A stretch of DNA of 64,000 nucleotides from a virus. How positions within the stretch are numbered: the first letter of the stretch is position 1; every line of letters starts with the position of its first letter. The notes beneath the pieces are model-generated. The model saw nothing but the letters and a program-made list of their open reading frames with translations. It ran no database searches and was not told the origin of the DNA. Shown here one piece after another: positions 17,873 through 26,446 of this stretch. The translations under genes were made by a program, and so were the position numbers. The stretch lies in the IMG/VR virus record IMGVR_UViG_3300045988_087374; one strand, written 5' to 3'.

Positions 17873-18177
17873 GCTACGGCATGGCTGATTGTAGTTATGA
17901 TAGGTAAAGCAAATGCGTGGAATGGCCGGGTATTGATCTGTTTCGGCGAAGCGTAGCTTAGCAAGGTAATGCAAGGGAATAGTCCTGAAAGGCGATGATG
18001 TGTGTTGTATAGGCATAGTGCAGAAAAGTCATGAACAGCAAAGACGGAGCATAGAATGGAGTAGTAAAGCATTGGAGAAGCAAAGAATGGAAAAGTAATG
18101 AAATGCAAAGGCGAAGTATGGTGCTGAACAGAAATGCGTCGGAAGAATAATTATAATTATTGAAAAGGAGAATTAAA
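17873..18177 (+). other. purine-rich ORF-free leader R2, paralogous to R1
   Basis: Shares the ordered blocks AATGAAATGCA (18097), GTGCTG (18121), GAAATGCGT (18131) and the AAAAGGAGAA SD with R1. Confidence 0.5.
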
Positions 18178-19281
18178 ATGGCAGAAAACACACAGGTAGC
18201 AAATTTTAACACACAGCTTTCCTATTACACAAATCGTTATGTCGATTTAATGGAAAGAGATTTAACTTCAAGAGGAATGGAATTTGATTCCTACTCAAAA
18301 GATTGCGTAGTAGCGGCAATGGGATCTATTTTCCAGATGGTGCATGAGAGTGGCGTGAACTTTGAAGCAATCAACGGCTCTAATCTTAAATTTATCCTGA
18401 GTAAAGTTGCAGCGTTGAAACTGAATGCAAATGCACAGCCGAGAGAATGTTATTTCCAGATTAGAAATGTAAATGTAGCAGCGAAAGGGCAGAAACCTCA
18501 GTGGGAGAAGAAAGTCGAATTTGCGATTGAGGGTGATGGAAACGATGCTCTTGTAAGTAGATATGGTGTCAATGTGGCTAAAGTATTTCCATATTGGAAA
18601 GTCAGAGAGGGCGACAAATATACGCCGCCAAGACATAGAGGTGTGGAGATTACACCGCCGGAATGGGAAGAATCCGGAATTGGAAAAGTGGTTCGCGTCG
18701 TATATCCGATTCAGTACAAGGACGGACATATTGAATATCTTTCTTGCGAAAGAGCAGATGTACTGAAGAATCTTGCAGCACATATCAAGAATAATCTTCA
18801 GAATGAAACGTTTGGGATTTGTGCAGACAGATACAAAGCTACAGATGCACAGAAAGCTCAGATTGAAGCAAAGAAAAAAGAAATCATGAAAAAGGTTGCT
18901 GATATTGGGGAACTGGAAGCAATTATTGATTGTGAGGAATTAAGACCGTACATTTCCCCGTCTTACTACGAAACACAGTCCAGAGAATCCATGATTATCC
19001 GTAAAATGCGTAACAACATTATGAAGTCTATTCCTAAGAAATGGGATAATTCGGTGCAGGCATATGAATATAACACGTTGGACGCTACATACAGGGAAGT
19101 ACAGGAAGAGATCGAACAGAATGCCAACAAAGAGGAATTTATTCCAGAACCAATGGCAATCGAGGAACAGCCGAAACAGCCGACAGTTGCAGAAGTTGTA
19201 CATTCAGCTGAGAAAGAACCAGTTCCGGCAGCAGTCGTGGAACCGGAAATTCCAGAATTCATGAAACAGGAGGAAATGTGA
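18178..19281 (+). CDS. recT: RecT-family single-strand annealing protein (putative)
   Basis: Start moved to MAENTQ (AAAAGGAG SD). RECYFQIRN...AIEGDGNDALVSRYGV...VREGDKYT resembles the RecT core. Acidic C-terminal tail. Confidence 0.7.
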   Translation: MAENTQVANFNTQLSYYTNRYVDLMERDLTSRGMEFDSYSKDCVVAAMGSIFQMVHESGVNFEAINGSNLKFILSKVAALKLNANAQPRECYFQIRNVNVAAKGQKPQWEKKVEFAIEGDGNDALVSRYGVNVAKVFPYWKVREGDKYTPPRHRGVEITPPEWEESGIGKVVRVVYPIQYKDGHIEYLSCERADVLKNLAAHIKNNLQNETFGICADRYKATDAQKAQIEAKKKEIMKKVADIGELEAIIDCEELRPYISPSYYETQSRESMIIRKMRNNIMKSIPKKWDNSVQAYEYNTLDATYREVQEEIEQNANKEEFIPEPMAIEEQPKQPTVAEVVHSAEKEPVPAAVVEPEIPEFMKQEEM

Positions 19282-19282
19282 T

Positions 19283-19888
19283 ATGAACAATAAAGAAATT
19301 TTACAGAAAGCAAAGGAACTGGTTGAACTTCTGGAAAAGCAGGAAGAAACTGAAAAGATTGAGTTGTCAACACTGAAACGAGGAGAAGTATTTCAGACCA
19401 CTGGAAAGCGTAAATACAAGGTTCTGGAACAGTATGGAGATACAACGAAAATTATTTCACTTGATCTGGTGAAAAAAAATGTGGAATTCGGAGACAACAC
19501 GGATTACAACAAATCAAATGTAAAGAAGTTATGCGACACAGAAATCTTAAAGGATTTTGAGGAAGAATTTGGTGCTGAAAGCATCGAAGAGCATACGGTA
19601 GATATTATTACCGTGGATGGACAGAAAGTCGGAAGTGTAAAATGTAAAATCCGTCCAATTACATTTGATGAAGCACGAGAATACACAGATATTACACCGA
19701 ACAATGATCTGAACGACTGGTATTGGACGTTGTCGCCATGGTCGACAGAAGAACGTGGTTGGAGTAAAAGCTTGGCCGTTGTTTCCCCTTCGGGCTATAT
19801 CTTCAGCGTCAATTACGTCAACGCTAATGGTGTTCGCCCAGTTTGTATCTTAAAATCTAATATCTTTGTATCTAAGGTGGAGGAATGA
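19283..19888 (+). CDS. DGR target protein 1 (DUF6273-like, C-type-lectin-fold variable C-terminus)
   Basis: 201 aa. WYWTLSPWS...VVSPSGYIFSVNYVNANGVRPVCI carries VR1. No signal peptide. Confidence 0.85.
   Translation: MNNKEILQKAKELVELLEKQEETEKIELSTLKRGEVFQTTGKRKYKVLEQYGDTTKIISLDLVKKNVEFGDNTDYNKSNVKKLCDTEILKDFEEEFGAESIEEHTVDIITVDGQKVGSVKCKIRPITFDEAREYTDITPNNDLNDWYWTLSPWSTEERGWSKSLAVVSPSGYIFSVNYVNANGVRPVCILKSNIFVSKVEE
19776..19840 (+). repeat. DGR variable region VR1
   Basis: 65 nt. 10 mismatches to TR, all at TR adenines. Confidence 0.9.
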
Positions 19889-20490
19889 TTATGAAGAAAA
19901 ATCTGAAATATTTCGAGAATGAATTATCTCGGTTGAATAAAGAATTTGCAGATTATAAGAAAAAATATATCGGAACACCGGAAATTGGAAAAGTTATTGA
20001 ACTTGCTGGAATGGATTGGCTGATTCTGGATAAGACAGAAAAAGGATATTTTGCCATTTTGAATGGATTTGATGAAAAAGAAAGAACATTTGATTCAACT
20101 TCAAATAACTGGATTACAAGTAAACTGAGAAATGAGTTAAATGCTCGTTTTCTTAAAAAAATTACGGACGAGCTTGGGAAAGATGCAGTTATTGAGTTTG
20201 ATCGAGATTTACTTTCTATGGACGGCCAGACGGAATACGGACATTGTAAAGATAAGATTTCATTTTTGACGGTTGATGAATACCGAAAATACAGAAAATT
20301 ACTTACAAATATGGATAAATGGTGGTGGCTGCTTACTCCATGGAGTACACCAGTAAATGATTTCAGCACAACAATTACCGTTGTTTCCCCTTCGGGCTTT
20401 ATCTACAACGACGGTTACGACTACGTAAATGGTGTTCGCCCAGTTTGTATCTTTTCTTCTTCAATCTTTGAATCAGGAAGTGATGATTAA
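19885..20490 (+). CDS. DGR target protein 2 (paralogue of target 1)
   Basis: 201 aa. WWWLLTPWS...VVSPSGFIYNDGYDYVNGVRPVCI carries VR2. ATGA overlap with target 1. Confidence 0.85.
   Translation: MIMKKNLKYFENELSRLNKEFADYKKKYIGTPEIGKVIELAGMDWLILDKTEKGYFAILNGFDEKERTFDSTSNNWITSKLRNELNARFLKKITDELGKDAVIEFDRDLLSMDGQTEYGHCKDKISFLTVDEYRKYRKLLTNMDKWWWLLTPWSTPVNDFSTTITVVSPSGFIYNDGYDYVNGVRPVCIFSSSIFESGSDD
20378..20442 (+). repeat. DGR variable region VR2
   Basis: 65 nt. 9 mismatches to TR, all at TR adenines. Confidence 0.9.
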
Positions 20491-20861
20491 TGGCAAATGA
20501 AGACTTAAAGGTAATAACAAAGGCTAAGCAGCTCGCAAAGCATACATTAATAGTTACCAGCAATTGCAGACGATATCCAAAGAAATACAGGTTTTCGTTG
20601 GTAGATAAGATGCAAAATAAAGCATTAGAAATCTATGAGTTGCTTTTTGAAGCCAACCGAACTGATCTGAAAGATTATAAAAGAGAACGGTTAGAACTGC
20701 AAACAAAAGCTATTACTTATTGCGATGAGTTGATGTACTTTATAGAACTTTCATATGAATTAGGAATTATCAATTCCGGTGGAATGGAAGCATGGTCGCA
20801 AATGGTAAAAGATATAAAGTACATGACTATTTCATGGAGAACAAAAGACAGAAAAAGATAA
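20490..20861 (+). CDS. avd: accessory variability determinant (Avd, four-helix-bundle / 23S rRNA IVS family)
   Basis: 123 aa, basic and helical (KAKQLAKHTLIVTSNCRRYPKKYRFSLVDKMQNKALEIYELLFEAN). Sits between the target and TR. Confidence 0.8.
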   Translation: MANEDLKVITKAKQLAKHTLIVTSNCRRYPKKYRFSLVDKMQNKALEIYELLFEANRTDLKDYKRERLELQTKAITYCDELMYFIELSYELGIINSGGMEAWSQMVKDIKYMTISWRTKDRKR

Positions 20862-20887
20862 TTTTCACAGGTTATGCACTGCGAATA

Positions 20888-20952
20888 CCGTTGTTTCCCC
20901 TTCGGGCAATATCAACAACAACAATTACAACAACGAAAATGGTGTTCGCCCA
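20888..20952 (+). repeat. DGR template repeat (TR)
   Basis: CCGTTGTTTCCCCTTCGGGC-AATATCAACAACAACAATTACAACAACGAAAAT-GGTGTTCGCCCA in the avd-RT intergenic region. Confidence 0.9.
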
Positions 20953-21056
20953 ACATGGATCACATGCAGACAGAGTAAGCGTAAAGCTGAAATCAGAAAA
21001 GATACAAGCAAATGCATAACCTTTTCGCAATGGACAAATATAAAGGAACAAAATAA

Positions 21057-22076
21057 ATGGATAAAGAAATTGTTGCAAATTTTGAGAATTTATATCGTTC
21101 TTACAAAAAGGTTAAGAGCGGCAAGAGATTTAATTCAGGTACTGCAAGATTTTCTAATTTGTCTCTTGAAGGCCTTCATCTCTTGAAAGAACAATTGGAA
21201 AGTCAAACGTATACCATAAATCCGTATAATAAATTTCAAATTCATGAGCCAAAAGAGCGAACGATAGAATCATGTGCATTTAAGGACAAAGTAGTGCAGA
21301 GATGCTTTTCTGATTACATTCTGACACCGAAACTTGAAAATATCCTGATTAAATGGAACACTGCCGGGCAGCAAGGAAAAGGACAACACATGGCAATGGA
21401 CGGGTTAAGAAATCAAATGTTGGATTTCTATAAAAGAAATGGAATGAATAGTTGGATTGTAAAATGTGATATTCACAAATACTTTTATTGCATAGACCAT
21501 GAAATCATGAAAGATGTTTTGGATTATTACTTTGATGATGATTTTACAGTCTGGTTGAACCATTTGTTTATTGACAGTACAGGTAATCCCGGGCTTCCAT
21601 TAGGAAATCAGGTAAATCAGAAGTACGCATTGTTGCTTTTACATTCACTGGATCAGATGATAACGATTGAATTTGGAAATCCATATTACGGACGATACAA
21701 CGATGATTTTTATGTGATTTGTAAAACGAAAGAAGATGCCAGAGAAATTCTCGAAGCAATCCGAATGATGATTGAAAGTCTTAGACTGGAATTAAACCCT
21801 AAATCACAAATTGTACCATTTCGCATGGGATTGTGTTATCTGGGCTTTCATCATTACGTGACTGATGAAGGAAAATATATCAGAAAATTGCGTGGTGATA
21901 AGAAAAGAAAAACACAGAGAAAAATCCGAAGATGGGTACGGGCAGTGAATGACGGGAAGATGTCGATGGAAAAATTCCATGAAAAATACGGATCATGCAA
22001 GAATCATATGCTTCATGGAAATTGCACCAAACTATGTCATAGTATGGATTTAGAAATTGAAAGGAGAATGAAGTGA
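21057..22076 (+). CDS. DGR reverse transcriptase
   Basis: 339 aa. LPLGNQVNQ is a variant of the DGR-specific (I/L)GxxxSQ motif. Catalytic RYNDDF box. Confidence 0.9.
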   Translation: MDKEIVANFENLYRSYKKVKSGKRFNSGTARFSNLSLEGLHLLKEQLESQTYTINPYNKFQIHEPKERTIESCAFKDKVVQRCFSDYILTPKLENILIKWNTAGQQGKGQHMAMDGLRNQMLDFYKRNGMNSWIVKCDIHKYFYCIDHEIMKDVLDYYFDDDFTVWLNHLFIDSTGNPGLPLGNQVNQKYALLLLHSLDQMITIEFGNPYYGRYNDDFYVICKTKEDAREILEAIRMMIESLRLELNPKSQIVPFRMGLCYLGFHHYVTDEGKYIRKLRGDKKRKTQRKIRRWVRAVNDGKMSMEKFHEKYGSCKNHMLHGNCTKLCHSMDLEIERRMK

Positions 22077-22423
22077 GATTAATTAGTCAGAATGGGGAAT
22101 TTGATGTTCCTTATGAAATTACACCATTGAGCAGAACTGGAAATATTATAAGGATATATATTCCGATTTCCGGCGAAAAAGGAACGATTATGGCGGCATA
22201 CTCCACAGAAAAAAAGGCTGAAAAAGCTATGGAGATGTTGCGTAAAGTGTATACAGGAATGTTTCTTGCGCAAAATGTTGAAATGAGCGATGACGATTAC
22301 GAGGAATGTATAAAAATGGCTGCAAGAGGTTTTGGAATCATCAAAACAATGGTTAACAGTCCAGATATCAAATTTGAACCGGCAAACATCGTGTTTAGAT
22401 TTCCTAAGGATGATGAAGTATAA
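22073..22423 (+). CDS. hypothetical protein
   Basis: 116-aa ORF whose GTG overlaps the RT stop. Confidence 0.6.
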   Translation: MRLISQNGEFDVPYEITPLSRTGNIIRIYIPISGEKGTIMAAYSTEKKAEKAMEMLRKVYTGMFLAQNVEMSDDDYEECIKMAARGFGIIKTMVNSPDIKFEPANIVFRFPKDDEV

Positions 22424-22448
22424 ATCTTGATATAGAAAAGGAGACATT

Positions 22449-23078
22449 ATGAGTTATAGCAGTTTAGTAGTTATCACTCCGGATTACTATGGAAAGGAAA
22501 AAGAAATTTTTAGAAACTCATGGTTATTTTCACCTATTATCTTGGATGTTTTGACTGAGAAATATATTCCTTACGGAGAACTTTTCAGACATGGATATAA
22601 AAGAAACGTGATTTACGACAGAAAACTTTTCAAAGAGCTTAACAGCATTATAAACGATTGTCAGGACACACCAGATCGTATTTTATGGGAACTGTCTAAT
22701 CAGCAGATTTTCTTCACGAAAGACAAAGATTTTATCGAAGAGTGCATTTATGCCTTTCTCAAACAGAATGAAAACTACTGCGCCGATTATGACAGCGAAA
22801 ACCACATTCCAGTTTTAAAAATAAAACATATTCTGGAAAGGTTTTGCGATATTGCACATCATATCAAAACGCTTGAAGTAGAAGAAACACCATACTTTGT
22901 ATTTAAGAACACATCGGTTGACGATAGTGTATCTAATTGGTTCTCTTGTTTTAATGAGAACACCGGGAAATGGGAATATTCTAAATTAAGTGAGAACAAA
23001 GATTTTTGTGCAGAATTTGTAGTGATTGAAGATAACAAAATAAAACAATTTATCAGTAATCTGGATTACAAATATTAA
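22449..23078 (+). CDS. hypothetical protein
   Basis: 209-aa ORF with AAGGAGA SD. Confidence 0.7.
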   Translation: MSYSSLVVITPDYYGKEKEIFRNSWLFSPIILDVLTEKYIPYGELFRHGYKRNVIYDRKLFKELNSIINDCQDTPDRILWELSNQQIFFTKDKDFIEECIYAFLKQNENYCADYDSENHIPVLKIKHILERFCDIAHHIKTLEVEETPYFVFKNTSVDDSVSNWFSCFNENTGKWEYSKLSENKDFCAEFVVIEDNKIKQFISNLDYKY

Positions 23079-23112
23079 TGCAAAAACAATGTAGAAAAAG
23101 AGGTGATGTCAT

Positions 23113-23880
23113 TTGTTCATGCGAGTAATTTCAACAGGAAGTACTAAAGGAAATTGTTACGCTTTGCAGGCAAGTACAGGCGAGATTATTCTTCTTGACT
23201 GCGGATGCAATTACAAGAAAATCCTTAGAGGGATTGACTACCAGATAAGCAATGTTGAAGCTGTACTTCTTTCACATGGGCACGGAGATCACACCGAAGC
23301 ATTCAAGGAAATAATGAATGCAGGCATTCAGATTTACGCCAATGACGAGACCGTTGAGGACATGAACGTCCGAACAGGCGAACTGATGAAAGGCGTTCCA
23401 GAAAGATACCCATTTAGAGTTGGTTCGTTTATCGTGACTCCATTTGAGCTGCCGCATACGACATATGATAAAGAAGCAAAAATACTTATTCCGTGTCCAA
23501 ACTACGGCTATCTGGTACAGCATGAAGAAATGGGAAAACTCCTGTATATGACCGATTTCGAATTCTGCAACTATAGTTTCCGCAGAATGCAAGTTGAGCA
23601 TCTGGTAATTGAGTGCAATTACTGCGAAGAATTGGTGAATAGGTCAGAAGCTAACTACAGGCACCGAATAAAAGGGCATTGTTCTTTGTCAACTTGCAAG
23701 CAATTCATTAAGCAAAACCGCACAGAATCACTTCGGACGGTAACACTGGTACATTTGAGTGGTCAAGCGTCAGATGCCCGTAAAATACAGCAAGAAATAC
23801 AGGAAGTCACAGGAAACAATGTTCTGGTTCAGATCGGACGGGCTGGACTGGAAGTCGACTTGAATTTGTGCCCGTTCTGA
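23113..23880 (+). CDS. metallo-beta-lactamase-fold hydrolase (candidate recombination nuclease)
   Basis: HGHGDH motif. AGAGGTG SD lies 8 nt before TTG. Confidence 0.8.
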   Translation: MFMRVISTGSTKGNCYALQASTGEIILLDCGCNYKKILRGIDYQISNVEAVLLSHGHGDHTEAFKEIMNAGIQIYANDETVEDMNVRTGELMKGVPERYPFRVGSFIVTPFELPHTTYDKEAKILIPCPNYGYLVQHEEMGKLLYMTDFEFCNYSFRRMQVEHLVIECNYCEELVNRSEANYRHRIKGHCSLSTCKQFIKQNRTESLRTVTLVHLSGQASDARKIQQEIQEVTGNNVLVQIGRAGLEVDLNLCPF

Positions 23881-23894
23881 AAGGAGAAATTTTT

Positions 23895-24011
23895 ATGGAA
23901 ATGCTAGACTGTAGCAAATGTAGATTCCGTAATTGCTGTACGTTGGCATGGGATTACGGTTCACTTTACTGTAACGACTATGAGGAGGAAGATACATGGA
24001 ACATTTCTTAG
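23895..24011 (+). CDS. 38-aa Cys-rich peptide
   Basis: AAGGAGA SD. MEMLDCSKCRFRNCCTLAWDYGSLYCNDY... Confidence 0.4.
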   Translation: MEMLDCSKCRFRNCCTLAWDYGSLYCNDYEEEDTWNIS

Positions 24012-24163
24012 AATCACTCGAAAAACTAAAGAAACCGTCAACTCACAGTAATCCAGAGAAAGTTGACCCGTTGTTCTGTCGGTATAACAAGGGTTGGAAT
24101 GATGCAATCGAAAAGGTCGAGAAACTGTTTGCAACGATTTCTAAGGAGAAGAAACATGAATAA
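23996..24163 (+). CDS. hypothetical 55-aa protein
   Basis: GAGGAGGAAG lies upstream. Overlaps the neighbouring genes by a few nt. Confidence 0.45.
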   Translation: MEHFLESLEKLKKPSTHSNPEKVDPLFCRYNKGWNDAIEKVEKLFATISKEKKHE

Positions 24164-24578
24164 AGTAATTTTGATCGGACGTTTAATCAAAGATCCAGAT
24201 GTCCGAATGGGAACAAACGATACTAAGATTGCCAGATATACACTTGCAGTCAACCGCAAGTATCACAAAAACAATGAACCCACAGCTGATTTTATCGGCT
24301 GTGTGGCTCTTGGAAAGAATGGTGAATTTGCTGAGAAGTATCTGTACAAAGGAATCAAAATCGCAGTCGCCGGAAGAATTCAGACCGGCAGTTATACTAA
24401 TCGCGATGGGCAGAAAGTGTATACCACTGACGTATTAATCGAAGAACAGGAATTTGCGGAAAGTAAGAAGAGCCAGTCAGAAGAACAGCGTCCACCGATT
24501 CCGAGCCCAGAACAGGGTGCAGATGATTTTATGAGTGTTCCGGCATTCACAGAAGATGATGAACTTCCGTTTAGTTAA
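24156..24578 (+). CDS. ssb: single-stranded DNA-binding protein
   Basis: MNKVILIGRLIKDPDVR...canonical OB fold and an acidic DDELPF tail. Start moved to ATG 24156 (AAGGAGAAG SD). Confidence 0.9.
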   Translation: MNKVILIGRLIKDPDVRMGTNDTKIARYTLAVNRKYHKNNEPTADFIGCVALGKNGEFAEKYLYKGIKIAVAGRIQTGSYTNRDGQKVYTTDVLIEEQEFAESKKSQSEEQRPPIPSPEQGADDFMSVPAFTEDDELPFS

Positions 24579-24588
24579 GGAGTAAGAA

Positions 24589-25998
24589 ATGAAGTTTATA
24601 GATTTTTTCGCAGGAATCGGAGGATTTCGCAGAGGAATGGAATTAGCGGGGCATGAATGCGTTGGTTTTTGCGAATTCGATAAATTTGCTACTGCGAGTT
24701 ACATCTCAATGCACTTACTGACAGAAGAGCAGCGAAAGACATTGGAAGATATTCCTATCAAGAAAAGACAGAAAGAAATATTAAAGGAGGAATACAGAAA
24801 TGGAGAATGGTATGCAAATGACATTAGAAGAGTGTATGCCGAAGACATTCCCAAAGCAGACTGCTGGTGCTTCGGGTTCCCCTGTCAGGACATATCCGTT
24901 GCAGGAAAGCAAGCTGGATTTCAAGGAAACCGTTCAAGCCTGTTTTTCAGAGTTATGTACCTTGTCAGACAACTCAAAGAAGAAGATAAACCCACTTACC
25001 TTTTCATTGAGAACGTTAAAAATTTGCTTAGTGTTAATGGAGGATGGGATTTCGCCAGACTGCTCATTGAAATGGAGCGGCAGGGGTATGATGCAGAATG
25101 GCAGGTGCTCAACTCCAAAGATTTCGGAGTGCCGCAAAACCGGGAAAGATGTTTTATTATCGGACATCTTAGAGGGGGAAGTACCTCAAAAGTATTTCCT
25201 ATCGAAGGAACAGACGGAAAAAATAGTATTCAAATAATTGCACATAAAGACGGATATAGAAGAAATACGCAAGTGTTTGGACCTGATGGAATTACCGAGA
25301 CTCTTGATACCGGACAAGGTGGTGGAAGAGGACATCATGTAGCATTGCCGTGTTTTATTGATTTAAGTTATAAAAAAACAGAGCTAACCAATAAGGCAAG
25401 GTGCTTACAAGACAGATACAACAAAGGAATTGCAAATCATAAAGCCGAAGTAAGCGGAGTTGCAATTCCAGTTCTCACGCCAGATCGTGCAGAAAAACGT
25501 CAGAATGGCAGACGATTCAAAGATGATGGCGAGCCGATGTTTACGCTTACGAGTCAAGACAGACATGGCGTAGCAGTTGAACCAATCGGGATACTGAGAA
25601 ATGTTCGCACAGAATATGGAAAAGAAATCCGCAAGGATTACGAAAGTGGAAAACTTGATATTTCCAGACATGAATTTCTTGCTAATGAAATCAGAGAAGA
25701 TGGAATTGCAAATACCTTAGATACAAGCTGCAATCAAGGAATATTCGTGCAGATATCGGAAGAATTAACGGTATATGCAGTCTGGCATGAAAAATATCAG
25801 TGTTACATAGCAATCAGAAAGCTGACACCGAAAGAATGTTTTCGGCTGCAAGGCTGGCCCGATGATTATTTTGAGAAAGCTCAGTTTGTTAATTCTGACA
25901 GCCAGTTATACAAGCAGGCGGGAAACGGAGTAACTGTATCAGTGATTAAAACAATTGCGGGAAAATTAAAAATATCTTGCGAACAACAAAGCCAGTAG
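24589..25998 (+). CDS. DNA (cytosine-5)-methyltransferase, orphan
   Basis: FAGIGGF (motif I), GFPCQDIS (IV), ENVKNL (VI), QNRER (VIII), GNGVTV (X). No adjacent endonuclease. Confidence 0.9.
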   Translation: MKFIDFFAGIGGFRRGMELAGHECVGFCEFDKFATASYISMHLLTEEQRKTLEDIPIKKRQKEILKEEYRNGEWYANDIRRVYAEDIPKADCWCFGFPCQDISVAGKQAGFQGNRSSLFFRVMYLVRQLKEEDKPTYLFIENVKNLLSVNGGWDFARLLIEMERQGYDAEWQVLNSKDFGVPQNRERCFIIGHLRGGSTSKVFPIEGTDGKNSIQIIAHKDGYRRNTQVFGPDGITETLDTGQGGGRGHHVALPCFIDLSYKKTELTNKARCLQDRYNKGIANHKAEVSGVAIPVLTPDRAEKRQNGRRFKDDGEPMFTLTSQDRHGVAVEPIGILRNVRTEYGKEIRKDYESGKLDISRHEFLANEIREDGIANTLDTSCNQGIFVQISEELTVYAVWHEKYQCYIAIRKLTPKECFRLQGWPDDYFEKAQFVNSDSQLYKQAGNGVTVSVIKTIAGKLKISCEQQSQ

Positions 25999-26014
25999 AA
26001 AGGAAAACAATTAA

Positions 26015-26440
26015 ATGAAACCAGTTTTGGAAACAAAATCTACATACAAAGGTTATCCATATGTGGTTCTGTTTATGCCCGGAGCATACAGATGCGGATA
26101 TGTTGGAGTACCTTACAGTCACAAGTTAGCGAAGAAAAGTGTTAATAAGTTAAGTCATCTTAGATGCCATGGTGGAGTTGCCTACGCAGAATCGCATTTA
26201 TATAATTGCGATGATAAAGATACATGGTGGATTGGATTTGATTGCGCTCATTGTTTTGATGGATATGATATTGAGTTAGCGAAGCAGTATTTCGGGGGCA
26301 AACCAGGTTTCAAAATGATGCTTCAGGCAGCGGAAGATTTATGGGAAAAGGCAAACAAAGATCCAGAAACTGAAATCCGTTCGCTTGCTTACGTCAAAGA
26401 TGAGTGCAAGAAACTCATTGACCAGATTAAAAAGGAGTAA
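26015..26440 (+). CDS. hypothetical protein
   Basis: 141 aa. Conserved-looking HGGVAY...WWIGFDCAHCFD. Confidence 0.7.
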   Translation: MKPVLETKSTYKGYPYVVLFMPGAYRCGYVGVPYSHKLAKKSVNKLSHLRCHGGVAYAESHLYNCDDKDTWWIGFDCAHCFDGYDIELAKQYFGGKPGFKMMLQAAEDLWEKANKDPETEIRSLAYVKDECKKLIDQIKKE

Positions 26441-26446
26441 TACCGG

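Larger units (their letters stand above)
19283..22076 (+). mobile_element. diversity-generating retroelement (two targets - avd - TR - RT)
   Basis: TR/VR1/VR2 alignment shows adenine-only substitutions, with an Avd-like gene and a DGR-type RT alongside. Confidence 0.9.

Noticed and set aside
21057-22076. The reverse transcriptase as a retron or group II intron RT
   Set aside because: An adjacent Avd gene, the TR with two adenine-mutagenised VRs, and the DGR-type LGNxxNQ motif all fit a DGR. No msr/msd-like inverted repeats or intron domains were seen.
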